NCBI GenBank assembly: GCA_046484865.1
Contig: JAWOID010000018.1
Coordinates: 1 to 64,000 of the forward strand
Length of the DNA: 64,000 nucleotides
DNA from: Candidatus Krumholzibacteriia bacterium
GTDB taxonomy: Bacteria > Krumholzibacteriota > Krumholzibacteriia > LZORAL124-64-63
Direction: 5' to 3'
Within the stretch, counting starts at the first letter, position 1, and each line of letters begins with the position of its first letter. The translations under genes and the position numbers were made by a program. This document shows, in pieces, positions 39,713 through 49,456 of this stretch. The notes below the pieces were generated by a model, which was given only the letters and a program-made list of their open reading frames with translations, ran no database searches and was not told the DNA's origin.

Positions 39713-40066
39713 CTAGAGAGCGTTCTTCGCCACCTCGGCCAGGCGCGCGAACCCCGTGGCATCGTGGACCGCCAGATCGGCCAGCATCTTGCGGTCGATC
39801 TCGATGCGTGCCCTCTTCAGCCCGTTCATCAGGGCGCTGTAGCTGATGCCGTTGAGTCGGGCCGCCGCGTTGATGCGCATGATCCAGAGGCGACGGAAGT
39901 CGCGCTTGCGGTTTTTGCGATCGCGGTAGGCGTAGACGCCGGCGCGCTCGACGGCCTCGCGGCCGATGCGGACCTGGTTCTTGCGGCCGCCGTAGAATCC
40001 CTTGGCGCGCTTGAGAATGCGCTTCCGTCTTTGCTTGGCGGCAGGGTTGTTGGTTGCCCTGGGCAT
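39713..40066 (-). CDS. rplT: 50S ribosomal protein L20
   Basis: [32 protein letters not shown]. Confidence 0.98.
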   Translation of the reverse strand: MPRATNNPAAKQRRKRILKRAKGFYGGRKNQVRIGREAVERAGVYAYRDRKNRKRDFRRLWIMRINAAARLNGISYSALMNGLKRARIEIDRKMLADLAVHDATGFARLAEVAKNAL

Positions 40067-40112
40067 GGTGTCGCCTCCTGGTATCCTGGCTCGTGGTTTC
40101 CCGGCGTGACGC

Positions 40113-40316
40113 TCAGCCGCAGCCCAGCATCCGCTTGGCGTGCCGCTGGTCGCTGGGGGCCACGAGATTCGACTTGCGCAGCCTGCGCTTGCGCTTCGGG
40201 CTCTTGGCCGTGAACAGGTGGCCGTGGTAGGCCCGGTGGCGCTTCACCCGGCCGCTTCCGGTCAACCGGAAGCGCTTCGCGGCGGCGCGGTTGGTCTTCA
40301 TCTTTGCCTTGGCCAT
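40113..40316 (-). CDS. rpmI: 50S ribosomal protein L35
   Basis: [18 protein letters not shown]...[10 protein letters not shown]. Confidence 0.96.
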   Translation of the reverse strand: MAKAKMKTNRAAAKRFRLTGSGRVKRHRAYHGHLFTAKSPKRKRRLRKSNLVAPSDQRHAKRMLGCG

Positions 40317-40349
40317 GCCATTGCCCTTCTGCTGTCGTTACGGCCGGGT

Positions 40350-40880
40350 TCACTTGCCCTGGGCCGTCTTCCTCGGTGCGATGATGAAGGTCACGAAGCG
40401 CCCCTCGCGCATGGGTTGCGACTCGGGGACGCCGAACTCGGCGACCTCGTCCACCAGGTGGTGCAGGAACTCGAGCCCCAGATCGAGGTGCGAGATCTCC
40501 CGGCCACGGAACTGCATGATGACCTTGACCTTGTTGCCCTTCTGCAAGAAGTCGATGATGTGGTTCTTCTTGAAGTTGTAGTCATGGTCATCGGTCTTGG
40601 GCCTGAACTTGATCGTCTTGACCTTCACCGTGTGGGCCGCCTGCTTGGCCTTGCGGGCCTTCTTGCTCTGCTCGTACTTGTAGCGGCCGTAGTCCATGAT
40701 CCGGCAGACCGGGGGCCGGGCGGTCGGGGCCACTTCCACGAGGTCCAGACCTCGCTCCTCGGCCAGCGCGAGCGCCTCGCGCGTTTCCAGGATTCCCAGC
40801 TGCTCGCCGGCCTCGTCGACCACCAGCACGCGCGGAATCCTGATCATGCGGTTCACCCGGGTCGTCCTGTTTTGCTTGAT
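40350..40880 (-). CDS. infC: Translation initiation factor IF-3 (probable AUC start)
   Basis: GLDLVEVAPTARPPVCRIMDYGRYKY, FRGRE; AGGAGG-N7-ATC at 40880. Confidence 0.93.
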   Translation of the reverse strand: MKQNRTTRVNRMIRIPRVLVVDEAGEQLGILETREALALAEERGLDLVEVAPTARPPVCRIMDYGRYKYEQSKKARKAKQAAHTVKVKTIKFRPKTDDHDYNFKKNHIIDFLQKGNKVKVIMQFRGREISHLDLGLEFLHHLVDEVAEFGVPESQPMREGRFVTFIIAPRKTAQGK

Positions 40881-40889
40881 AAGGCTACC

Positions 40890-41025
40890 TCCTGACTCGC
40901 TGGGCGTCCGCGGCCCGCCGCATGCGCGCCGACGGCGAGCGGCGGACACACTGGTCCGCCGTTGGCTGCGACCGGCGTCGGGTCGTGGCCCGACGGCGGT
41001 GAGAGGGCGAACCTCTGCTTGTTTG
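40890..41025 (-). promoter_or_regulatory. Putative ribosomal protein L20 leader RNA
   Basis: AAGCAGAGG-TTCGC-CCTCTCACC hairpin motif and later GTGTGT upstream of infC-rpmI-rplT; boundaries approximate. Confidence 0.55.
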
Positions 41026-41074
41026 CGCGGCCGGCAACCACTCCGGTCTCGCCGCGATTTGCAACCCGGAGAAG

Positions 41075-42994
41075 TTATTCCCTCAGGGCCACGGCGTCAA
41101 GGAGTTCGGTTCCGAACTCGTCCACCGGGCGAACGCCGAGGTCGCCGCGCTTGCGCGCGCGCACCGCCACCGTTCCGCCCTCGAGTTCCTTGCCGCCGAC
41201 CACGAGCATGTACGGCACGCGCAGCAGTTCCGCCTCGCGGATCTTGAAGCCGATCTTCTCGTCCCGCGCGTCCGCCTCCGCGCGCAGCCCCCGGCCCCGC
41301 AGCCGGCCGGCCACCTCCCGGGCGTAGGCGTGCTGGTCCCGGCTCACCGACAGCACCCGGACCTGTTCCGGCGCCAGCCACAGCGGGAAGTCGCCCGCAT
41401 GATGCTCGGTGAGGATGCCGATGAACCGCTCGATCGAACCGAGGATGGCGCGGTGCACCATGTAGACGTGGCGCTCCTGCCCGTCGCGGTCGGTGTAGCC
41501 GACGTCGAACCGCCGGGGCAGGTTGAAGTCGAACTGGATGGTGCTCGCCTGCCACTTCCGGCCGATGGCGTCGATGAGCTTGACGTCGATCTTCGGTCCG
41601 TAGAAGACCGCCTCGCCCTCCTCGCGGGTGTAATCGAGCTGGTGCACCGCCAGGGCGTTGACGAGCGAACGCTCGGCCGCCTCCCACTCCTCGTCGGTGC
41701 CGGCGTATTTCGCCTTGTCCTCCGGGTCGCGCACGGACAGCTCGACGCGGAACTCGCGGAACCCGAACGTGCCCAGAACCTCCTTCACCAGCCGCAGACA
41801 GCCGCTGACCTCGTCCTCGAGCTGCTCGGGCGTGCAGAAGATGTGGGCGTCGTCCTGGGTGAACCCGCGCACGCGCATCAGCCCGTGCAAGGCACCCCGC
41901 AGCTCGGCCCGGTAAACGGTGCCGAGCTCCGCGTAGCGCACCGGCAGGCTGCGCCAGCCGCGGGTCTTGCGCTTGTAGATCAGGATGTGGCCGGGGCAGT
42001 TCATCGGCTTGACGACGTGCGGGCGGTCGTCCTGCTCGAACACGTACATGTTCTCGCGGTAGAACTGCATGTGGCCGGAGGTCTCCCAGAGGCTGGCCTG
42101 GGAGATGTGCGGCGTGGTGACCGTCTCGTAGCCGTCGCGCCGCAGCACGTCGACCAGGTATTCCGTGATCTGGCTGCGCAGGATGTCGCCGCGCGGGAAC
42201 CAGAAGCTCAGCCCCGCGCCCGCCTCCTCCATGATGCCGAAGAGGTCCAGTTCGCGACCGAGCTTGCGATGATCGCGCTTGCGCGCCTCCTCGAGCATCG
42301 CCAGGTGCTCGTCCAGTTCCTTCTTCTTGAACCAGGCGGTGCCGTAGATCCGCTGCAGCATGGTGCGGCTGGCGTCTCCCCGCCAGTAGGCGCCGGCCAC
42401 GGTCAGCAGCTTGAACGCCTTCAGCTCCTTCGAGCTCGGCACGTGGGGCCCCTCGCACAGGTCGCGGAAGCCGCCCATGGTGTACACGCTGAGCCGTTCG
42501 TCACCCAGGGCGTCGATCTGCTCCAGCTTGTAAGGCTGGTCGGCGAAGAGGTGCAAGGCCTCGTCGCGGGTGACCTCGTGGCGTTCGAGGGGTACGTCGC
42601 GCGCGGCCAGCGCCGCCATGCGCTCCTCGATGCGCGCCAGATCCTCGTCCGTGAACGGCTCCGGCCGGTCGAAGTCGTAGTAGAACCCGTCGTCGATGGC
42701 GGGCCCGAAGGCGAACTTCACCCCCGGGTACAGCTCCTGCACCGCCCACGCCAGCAGGTGGGCGGTGGAGTGGCGCAGCGCCTGGTAGCCCTCGGGCTGC
42801 TGACGGGTGATCACCTGGAAGCGTCCGCCGCCGGCCACCGGATCGGTGAGCGGGTGGTGGACTCCGTTCAGCGAGACGGCCAGGGCGTTGCGGGCCAGTC
42901 CGGGGCCGATGCCCTGGACCACGTCCCGGAACGACTGTCCCTCCTCCACGCTGATCGACTGGCCGTCGGGCAGGATGAGATCCACCTTCGCCAT
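41075..42994 (-). CDS. thrS: Threonine--tRNA ligase
   Basis: RHSTAHLLA, DLCEGPH, RDHRKLG, KPMNCPGH, RVRGFTQDDAH, FYGPKID, HRAILGSIERF. Confidence 0.98.
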   Translation of the reverse strand: MAKVDLILPDGQSISVEEGQSFRDVVQGIGPGLARNALAVSLNGVHHPLTDPVAGGGRFQVITRQQPEGYQALRHSTAHLLAWAVQELYPGVKFAFGPAIDDGFYYDFDRPEPFTDEDLARIEERMAALAARDVPLERHEVTRDEALHLFADQPYKLEQIDALGDERLSVYTMGGFRDLCEGPHVPSSKELKAFKLLTVAGAYWRGDASRTMLQRIYGTAWFKKKELDEHLAMLEEARKRDHRKLGRELDLFGIMEEAGAGLSFWFPRGDILRSQITEYLVDVLRRDGYETVTTPHISQASLWETSGHMQFYRENMYVFEQDDRPHVVKPMNCPGHILIYKRKTRGWRSLPVRYAELGTVYRAELRGALHGLMRVRGFTQDDAHIFCTPEQLEDEVSGCLRLVKEVLGTFGFREFRVELSVRDPEDKAKYAGTDEEWEAAERSLVNALAVHQLDYTREEGEAVFYGPKIDVKLIDAIGRKWQASTIQFDFNLPRRFDVGYTDRDGQERHVYMVHRAILGSIERFIGILTEHHAGDFPLWLAPEQVRVLSVSRDQHAYAREVAGRLRGRGLRAEADARDEKIGFKIREAELLRVPYMLVVGGKELEGGTVAVRARKRGDLGVRPVDEFGTELLDAVALRE

Positions 42995-43126
42995 GGCGGC
43001 AGCTCCTCGTCAGGCGTCCCGCGGCGCCCGGAAGTGATGTCTCGCGCGGTCGGAACGAATCCCCGGCAGCAGGGCCGCCGGTCCGGCCGGGTCGGCCGGG
43101 TTTCGGCCGGGTTGCGGCCGGCGGAG

Positions 43127-43159
43127 ACAAAACAGGGGTCGCTTCCGGCAGCAACCCCT
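43127..43159 (-). terminator. Intrinsic terminator downstream of tRNA-Val
   Basis: AGGGGTTGCT-GCCGGA-AGCGACCCCT followed by GTTTTGT. Confidence 0.6.
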
Positions 43160-43215
43160 CGGTCCGTGTCATCCCGTCGCCTCGCCCGCTTTCCGGGCTC
43201 CCCCGGAAAGCTGCC

Positions 43216-43292
43216 TGGTGGGCGATACTGGGCTCGAACCAGTGACCTCTTGCGTGTCGAGCAAGCGCTCTAACCAACTGAGCTAATCGCCC
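43216..43292 (-). tRNA. tRNA-Val(GAC)
   Basis: 77-nt cloverleaf; anticodon arm CTTGC-TCGACAC-GCAAG; encoded CCA. Confidence 0.95.
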
Positions 43293-43303
43293 ACCGGACC
43301 GCG

Positions 43304-43333
43304 AAATTAAGACGCGTCGGCACCGCTTGTCAA
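43304..43333 (-). promoter_or_regulatory. sigma70-type promoter of tRNA-Val
   Basis: TTGACA-N18-TAATTT. Confidence 0.6.
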
Positions 43334-43415
43334 CGTCGGATCGGCGGCCGCGCCACCCGGAGAGAGGCCCCGCACGCCGGGAAGCGCCGGGGCCTCGGAT
43401 CGAACGGGATCCCCT

Positions 43416-44270
43416 CTACTTCAGGTAATCCACGAGCTTGTCGCCGGCGACCGCCTGCCGGATCTTCGCCAGCGCCTGGTTCCGGATCTGCCGGACGCGC
43501 TCGCGCGAGAGACTGATGTCCTGGCCGATCGCCTCGAGCGAGGCCGTCTCCTCGGTACCCAGCCCGTAGTAGCGGCAGACGATCTCCCGCTCCCGGATGG
43601 TCAGCAACTGGAGCGCCTGCGCCATCTCCCGGCTCAGTTCCTCGTCGACGTAACCCTCCTCCGGAGTGCGGTCCTCGGGGTTGACGAGCGTGTCCGCCAG
43701 TGTCGCGTCGTCGTCGTAGATCGACTGATCGAGGCTCAGCATCGGCCGGCTCGCCGCGCGGATCTGGCCCATCTTGCGCAGGCTGAGGTCCATGGCGTCG
43801 GCGATCTCGTCCTCGCTCACCGGCCGGTGGAAGCGCTGCTCCAGGCCCTGCGCCACGCGCTTGATCTTCTGCGCCTGCTGCGAGCGGTTGATGGGCAGGC
43901 GGACCGTTTTGGTCTGCTCGTCGATGGCCTTCTGGATGGCCTGGCGGATCCACCAGACCGCATACGAGATGAAGCGGAAGTCGCGGCGCTCGTCGAACCG
44001 CTTGGCCGCCGTGATCAGGCCGATGTTGCCCTCGGCGATCAGGTCCATGTAGCTCAGGCCCTGGTTGAGGAACTTCTTGGCGACACTGACCACGAAGCGC
44101 AGGTTGGCGTTGACCAGCTGGTCGAGCGCCACCTTGTCGCCCCCGCGGATCCGTCGCGCCAGCTCGAACTCCTCTTCCTTCGTCAGGAGATCGTATTTAC
44201 CGATCATCTGCAGGTAATGCTGCAAGCTCGAGTCCTCCCGGCGATCGCTACTCAGTTCCACCTCGTACAC
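43416..44270 (-). CDS. RNA polymerase sigma factor RpoD/SigA family, short form lacking region 1.1
   Basis: YLQMIGKYDLLT, ANLRFVVSVAKK, DLIAEGNIGL, FISYAVWWIRQ, SRERVRQI; about 284 aa; GTG start. Confidence 0.92.
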   Translation of the reverse strand: MYEVELSSDRREDSSLQHYLQMIGKYDLLTKEEEFELARRIRGGDKVALDQLVNANLRFVVSVAKKFLNQGLSYMDLIAEGNIGLITAAKRFDERRDFRFISYAVWWIRQAIQKAIDEQTKTVRLPINRSQQAQKIKRVAQGLEQRFHRPVSEDEIADAMDLSLRKMGQIRAASRPMLSLDQSIYDDDATLADTLVNPEDRTPEEGYVDEELSREMAQALQLLTIREREIVCRYYGLGTEETASLEAIGQDISLSRERVRQIRNQALAKIRQAVAGDKLVDYLK

Positions 44271-44589
44271 GTGGTCTTCCTTTCTTCCCGGGATCCGTCC
44301 CCGGTCCTGAGCCGGACACATCCTGCGACCCGTGGTTCATCCCACCGTCCCGGCTCCAGGGGGCATGATACGCGCTGCCGCCGTCAGGTTTCCAGGGGGG
44401 GAATCCCTGATTCGGTATCCACGATCCTGGACAGTTCACCCTGTGTCGAGATGACCGGCGGGTGATACTGGATCGCGGAGTCGATTCTACTAAAACGGAG
44501 CTGAACTGTCTAGATATAATTTACGTCCGGTTTCCCGGGGAGTTTGCGGGCGGGCGCCGGCCGTCGCCCGCGCCCGCCCCGCGCGCAAG

Positions 44590-46518
44590 TCAGTCCTCGT
44601 CCACCACCTCGTAGTCGGCGTCCACCGAGTCTTCGTGTCCCTCCTGCCGTCCTCCGGGAGCCTCGCCGGAAGGTCCGCCGTTTTGGGCCTTCTGCTCTTG
44701 CCCGCCGCCGGCCGAGGCCTTCGCGTACGCCTTGCTGGCAAGTTCCTGGAGCGACCGCGTCAGCCCGTCGGTCGCCGTCCGGATCATCTCGGCATCGTCC
44801 CCCTTCCGGACCTCGTCGAGGGCCTTGATCTTCCGCTCGACATCCTCCCGCAGGCCCGGCTCCACATCGTCCTTCAGATCCTCGAGCGTCTTCTGGGCCT
44901 GGTGGATGCGGGCGTCGGCGTCGTTGCGGGCATCCACCAGACCCCGCTTCGACCGGTCCTCGGCCGCATGGCTCTCGGCGTCCTTCACCATCCGCTCGAT
45001 CTCGGTGTCGCTCAGCCCGCTGGACGCCTGGATCTTGATGGACTGCTCCTTGCCCGTCGCCTTGTCCACCGCCGCCACCGACAGGATCCCGTTGGCGTCG
45101 ATGTCGAACGTCACCTCGATCTGCGGGACGCCGCGCGGCGCCGGTGGGATGCCGGTGAGCTGGAACCGCCCGATCGTCTTGTTGTCCACCGCCATCTCGC
45201 GCTCGCCCTGCAGGACGTGGATGTCGACGGTGTCCTGATTGTCGGCCGCCGTGGAGAAGATCTGGCTCTTCTTGGTGGGGATCGTGGTGTTGCGCTCGAT
45301 CAGGCGCGTCATCACGCCGCCCAGGGTCTCGATGCCCAGGCTCAGCGGAGTCACGTCGAGCAGCACCAGGTCGAGATCCTCGCCGCCGAGCACGCCGCCC
45401 TGGATCGCTGCACCCATGGCCACGACCTCGTCCGGGTTCACCGTCCGGTTCGGCTCCTTGTCGAACAGCTCCTTGACCTTCGCCGCCACCGCGGGAATGC
45501 GGGTGGACCCGCCAACGAGCAGCACCTCGTCGATCTCCGCCGTCGACAGACCGGCGTCCTGGATGCACTTGCGGCAGGGGCCGGCAGTCCGCTCGATGAG
45601 GTCCTCCACCAGCGACTCGAACTTGGAGCGGGTCAGCGTCAGCGCCAGGTGCTTCGGTCCCGCCTGGTCCGCCGTGATGAACGGCAGGTTGATCTCGGTC
45701 TGCGAGGAGGAGCTCAGCTCCTTCTTGGCGGTCTCGGCCGCCTCCTTCAGGCGCTGCAGCGCCATGGCATCCTTGCTCAGGTCGATCCCCTCCTGCTTGA
45801 GGAAGGTCTCTACCAGGTGATCCATGACCCGCTGGTCGAAGTCGTCGCCGCCGAGGTGCGTGTCGCCGTTGGTGGCGAGCACCTCGAAGACGCCGTCGGC
45901 GAGGCTCAGGATGGAGATGTCGAAGGTGCCGCCGCCGAGGTCGAACACCGCGACGGTCTCCTCCTTCTGCTTGTCCCGATTGAGACCGTAGGCCAAAGCG
46001 GCCGCCGTGGGCTCGTTGATGATGCGCTTGACCTCGAGCCCGGCGATCTTGCCGGCGTCCTTCGTGGCCTGCCGCTGGTTGTCGTTGAAGTACGCGGGGA
46101 CGGTGATCACCGCTTCCTTGACCTCGTAGCCCAGGTACTCCTCCGCGGTCTCCTTCAGGTTGCGCAGGATCTGCGCGGAGATCTCCGGCGGCGTGAACTC
46201 GCCCTGATTCGTCCGGATGCGCACGTCGCCGTCCGGTCCGGCCACCACCTCGAAGGGCACCTCGTCCCGCTCCGTGGCCACCTCGTCGTAACGGCGTCCC
46301 ATGAAGCGCTTCACGGAGAAGACGGTGTTCTTCGGGTTCGTGACCGCCTGCCGCTTGGCGAGCAACCCCACCAGACGGTCTCCGTTCTTGTTCCACGCGA
46401 CCACCGAGGCGGTGGTGCGGTTGCCTTCCTTGTTCTGGATGACCTTGGGCTCGCCACCCTCCATCACCGAGACCACGCTGTTGGTCGTGCCCAGGTCGAT
46501 ACCGATGATCTTGGCCAT
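44590..46518 (-). CDS. dnaK: Molecular chaperone DnaK
   Basis: [47 protein letters not shown]. Confidence 0.98.
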   Translation of the reverse strand: MAKIIGIDLGTTNSVVSVMEGGEPKVIQNKEGNRTTASVVAWNKNGDRLVGLLAKRQAVTNPKNTVFSVKRFMGRRYDEVATERDEVPFEVVAGPDGDVRIRTNQGEFTPPEISAQILRNLKETAEEYLGYEVKEAVITVPAYFNDNQRQATKDAGKIAGLEVKRIINEPTAAALAYGLNRDKQKEETVAVFDLGGGTFDISILSLADGVFEVLATNGDTHLGGDDFDQRVMDHLVETFLKQEGIDLSKDAMALQRLKEAAETAKKELSSSSQTEINLPFITADQAGPKHLALTLTRSKFESLVEDLIERTAGPCRKCIQDAGLSTAEIDEVLLVGGSTRIPAVAAKVKELFDKEPNRTVNPDEVVAMGAAIQGGVLGGEDLDLVLLDVTPLSLGIETLGGVMTRLIERNTTIPTKKSQIFSTAADNQDTVDIHVLQGEREMAVDNKTIGRFQLTGIPPAPRGVPQIEVTFDIDANGILSVAAVDKATGKEQSIKIQASSGLSDTEIERMVKDAESHAAEDRSKRGLVDARNDADARIHQAQKTLEDLKDDVEPGLREDVERKIKALDEVRKGDDAEMIRTATDGLTRSLQELASKAYAKASAGGGQEQKAQNGGPSGEAPGGRQEGHEDSVDADYEVVDED

Positions 46519-46729
46519 GTCGACTCCCCTTCTCCGCTGCTCGGTTCCGTTTCGGCAATTGCACTCGTACGCCCGGACGCGGAACAAGGCCCGTGCCGGG
46601 CCGCCGATCCAGGCAGTCTTTCCGCAAGTCACTGGCGCTGAGTGAGTTCTCGGGTCGGCCGACCGTCGTCGGCGACCGTGGCGCCCCTGTCAGGTCGCGT
46701 CAGGCCTGCCGTAGTGGCTGTCATTCGCG

Positions 46730-47707
46730 TCAGGTTGGCAGGTCGGGCTCTGCCCGACGGCCGTCCCCCAGACCTCGCCGGAAGCAGGTGAGAACCGCCA
46801 GATCCATGGCGCGCGCATACGCCGCGAGACCGCGCGGACGATGGTCGGCGGCCGTCGGCCAGCGCTCGACGGCGGCCAGCGCGGCCGCCCCGCCCGGACC
46901 GTCGAGGAGCGAGCGCAGCGCTCGTGCCCGAGCGGAGGGTCGTCCGCCCGGAGGATCGACCACCAGGTCCAGCCGCATCTCGGCCAGGCGGTGCGGGTGC
47001 AGGGCGGCAATGAGCTGCAGCGAGTCGCGGCCGCACTCCCGCTTCTTCTGCAGGTACTCCTGCAGCGTGTGATGATGGACGTGTCGCGGCACCGGATCGA
47101 GCAGCGCCGTGAAGCGCAGGCCCGCGTCCTCGAGCCGGAATCCCGCCTCCATGTCCTCGAACCCGTAGCCGCCGAAGCGCTGGTCGAACCCGCCGGCCTT
47201 CAGGAAGGCCTCCCGGGGCACGCCCGCGTTCTGCGTGACGAAGTAGCGGGCCGGCGCCGGCCCCGGCGGCAGCTTGGCCACAGCGCGACCGTCGAGGTAG
47301 AAGAAGTGCGGGGCGTCCACCAGCGTCGGTTCGGTCACCGCGTACCCGATGGTCCCCCGGGCGGGAGCGGCCGACAGCTCCCTCAGGTGCGCCGCCAGCA
47401 GGCCGGGTGGGGCCACGATGTCGTCGTCCAGGAAGACGAGGTAGCGTCCTCGCGCGCGGCTCACGCCGAGGTTGCGGGCACCGGCCCGGCCGAGGTTGCG
47501 AGCCGGCCGCACGGGTTGCAGCAACGGGCCGCCCGGCGCTCGTTCGCGGGCGGCCAGCAGGTCCGCGGTCCCGTCGCTCGAGGCGTCGTCCACGACCACG
47601 ATCTCCCAGTGTGCGTCGTCCGGCAGTTGCTGGGCAGCGAGCGCAGCGAGCGTCCGCCGCAGCAGCGGAGCCTTGTTCCGGGTGGGGATCACCACGGAGA
47701 GGATCAT
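46730..47707 (-). CDS. Glycosyltransferase family 2
   Basis: LSVVIPTRN, VVVDDASSDGT, ARNLG, VFLDDD, GYGFED. Confidence 0.92.
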   Translation of the reverse strand: MILSVVIPTRNKAPLLRRTLAALAAQQLPDDAHWEIVVVDDASSDGTADLLAARERAPGGPLLQPVRPARNLGRAGARNLGVSRARGRYLVFLDDDIVAPPGLLAAHLRELSAAPARGTIGYAVTEPTLVDAPHFFYLDGRAVAKLPPGPAPARYFVTQNAGVPREAFLKAGGFDQRFGGYGFEDMEAGFRLEDAGLRFTALLDPVPRHVHHHTLQEYLQKKRECGRDSLQLIAALHPHRLAEMRLDLVVDPPGGRPSARARALRSLLDGPGGAAALAAVERWPTAADHRPRGLAAYARAMDLAVLTCFRRGLGDGRRAEPDLPT

Positions 47708-48864
47708 CGCGGCACCTCCGCGGCCGGCGTTCCCGCGGCGGCCAGGCGGGGCAGGGACACGGCCTCCGGCCAGGAGCCGCGGCCGTCGATCAGGCGGCCG
47801 AAGATCGCGTCCACGCGCTCCATGTTGGCGTCGAAGCCGGCCACCGCCCGGGCGGTGGCCAGGGCGCGCTCGCCGCAGGCGGCCCGCAGGTGCGGATCGC
47901 CCGCGAACCGGAGCATCGCGCCGGCGAGCGCCGCCTCGTCCCGCGCCGGAACCACCAGCCCCGAGACCTGGTCGGCGATCCACTCCGTGGACGACGGCAG
48001 GTTCGACACCACGATGGCCCGGCCGCAGGCCATGGCCTCGAGCAGGCTGACGGCCGTCGCGTCCACCGACGGCACGGACAGGAACACGTCGCCCGCGTTC
48101 AGCGCGACGGCGAAGTCCACGTGGGGTATCCGGCCTGCGAACGCCGAGACGTCACCGATGCCCGCGTCGGTGGCGCGTTCCACGAACCGCGCCGGGTCGC
48201 CCTCGTAGCCGGCGAACAGGAACCGCGCCCGCGGCTCGGCCGCGCGCACCCGCGCCGCCGCGGCGATGATGACGTCGATGTTGTAGTAGGGCTGCGTGAA
48301 GCTGCGCGGTGAGAAGAAGACGACGTGCTCATCGTCGAATCCGTACCGGGCCCGGAACTCGCGCGCCGGCTGCGGCCGGAAACGCTGCAGGTCCACACCC
48401 CAGAGCACGCGGAAGGCGCGCCCGGACGCGGCGCCGAGCTCGACGCTGCGCAGCAGGATGTCGGTCGAGTCGCCCGTCAGCGCGTCGCACGAGGTGAGCG
48501 CTCGTCGCGCGAGCCAGTGCTTGATCCTGCTCTCGAAGGGCGTGACATAGACGTCGTCGCCCCACACCGTCAGCACGTTCGGGTGGAAGCCGGAGAAGTG
48601 CCCCCAGTAGCCGTACCCGGTGAGGAAGTGCGTGTTCAGGAGATCAGGGGCGATGGCCGCCAGCAGCCGCTTCACCTTGCGCAGGGAGAGCGCGTAGCGC
48701 AGCGGCTTCGGGCCGACCGGCGCGGTGATGTCGTGGACGGTCACCCCCGGCACCGGTCCCGGTTGCACCGTCAGCAGGTGGCATTCGTCGCCTCGCTCGG
48801 CGAACCAGCGGATCCAGCGCTCGGTGTGGATGTGGCGGCCGATGGAGAGGAAGGCGAGGCGCAC
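47704..48864 (-). CDS. Glycosyltransferase family 4
   Basis: LTVWGDDV, GVDLQRF, SLLEAMACGRAIVVS, SGLVVP. Confidence 0.88.
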   Translation of the reverse strand: MRLAFLSIGRHIHTERWIRWFAERGDECHLLTVQPGPVPGVTVHDITAPVGPKPLRYALSLRKVKRLLAAIAPDLLNTHFLTGYGYWGHFSGFHPNVLTVWGDDVYVTPFESRIKHWLARRALTSCDALTGDSTDILLRSVELGAASGRAFRVLWGVDLQRFRPQPAREFRARYGFDDEHVVFFSPRSFTQPYYNIDVIIAAAARVRAAEPRARFLFAGYEGDPARFVERATDAGIGDVSAFAGRIPHVDFAVALNAGDVFLSVPSVDATAVSLLEAMACGRAIVVSNLPSSTEWIADQVSGLVVPARDEAALAGAMLRFAGDPHLRAACGERALATARAVAGFDANMERVDAIFGRLIDGRGSWPEAVSLPRLAAAGTPAAEVPR

Positions 48865-48923
48865 GGGCAGCTTCCTGGGTGACGCACCGGCCCGGGGACC
48901 GGTGCCGGTGCTCGGACGGGGGC

Positions 48924-49011
48924 TGGTGCCGGGAGCCGGACTCGAACCGGCAAGGAGCAACGCTCCAGGGGATTTTAAGTCCCCCGCGTCTACCCGTTTC
49001 GCCACCCCGGC
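48924..49011 (-). tRNA. tRNA-Leu(TAA)
   Basis: 88 nt with long variable arm; GGGGA-CTTAAAA-TCCCC; CCA. Confidence 0.96.
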
Positions 49012-49125
49012 ACCCAGCCGGACGCGCTCGCGGCCATCCGGGCCGTCACGCGCACGACGAAAGAACCGGGCCCTCTGGGGCGCCCGGCTCGAGGGGTTCC
49101 GCACGCAGGATCCGGTGGCGAGGGC

Positions 49126-49200
49126 TGGAGGCGGCACCCGGAGTCGAACCGGGGATAACGGTTTTGCAGACCGTCGCCTTAGCCACTTGGCTATGCCGCC
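49126..49200 (-). tRNA. tRNA-Cys(GCA)
   Basis: 75 nt; ACGGT-CTGCAAA-ACCGT; U73 and CCA. Confidence 0.96.
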
Positions 49201-49211
49201 TCCCGGATCCC

Positions 49212-49241
49212 ATTATCGCCTCCGCGGCGGCGGCCTGTCAA
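49212..49241 (-). promoter_or_regulatory. sigma70-type promoter of tRNA-Cys
   Basis: TTGACA-N18-GATAAT. Confidence 0.6.
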
Positions 49242-49339
49242 ACCGCCTTTCCGGCCCGTACCGCGGCGCCGCCGGCGCCGCAGGCGCCGCGTTCCGCCGG
49301 AGGAAACGCACGAGCAGAAGAAGCACGAACAAAAGAAGA

Positions 49340-49415
49340 TGGAGCGGGCAACGAGACTCGAACTCGCGACCACTACCTTGGCAAGGTAGTGCTCTACCAA
49401 CTGAGCTATGCCCGC
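49340..49415 (-). tRNA. tRNA-Gly(GCC)
   Basis: 76 nt; CTACC-TTGCCAA-GGTAG; U73 and CCA. Confidence 0.97.
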
Positions 49416-49428
49416 TCCAGCGATGGAA

Positions 49429-49456
49429 AAAATAGTACCTGGGCGGGACGTGTCAA
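49429..49456 (-). promoter_or_regulatory. sigma70-type promoter of tRNA-Gly
   Basis: TTGACA-N16-TATTTT. Confidence 0.55.

Noticed and set aside
42995..43126. T-box riboswitch upstream of thrS
   Set aside because: No T-box consensus (GGTGGNACCGCG) or specifier stem recognisable; the hairpin present fits a tRNA-Val terminator.
46558..46600. CIRCE element or sigma54 promoter upstream of dnaK
   Set aside because: Only one CIRCE arm matches (7/9 versus 4/9), and the sigma54-like site has GT rather than GC at -12.
44635..46641. 668-aa ORF antisense to dnaK
   Set aside because: Well-known antisense open frame of dnaK genes, often mis-annotated; no evidence that it is coding.
49308..49337. 15-bp imperfect direct repeat after tRNA-Gly
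   Set aside because: Two copies only, low complexity; probably a local duplication in the tRNA trailer.
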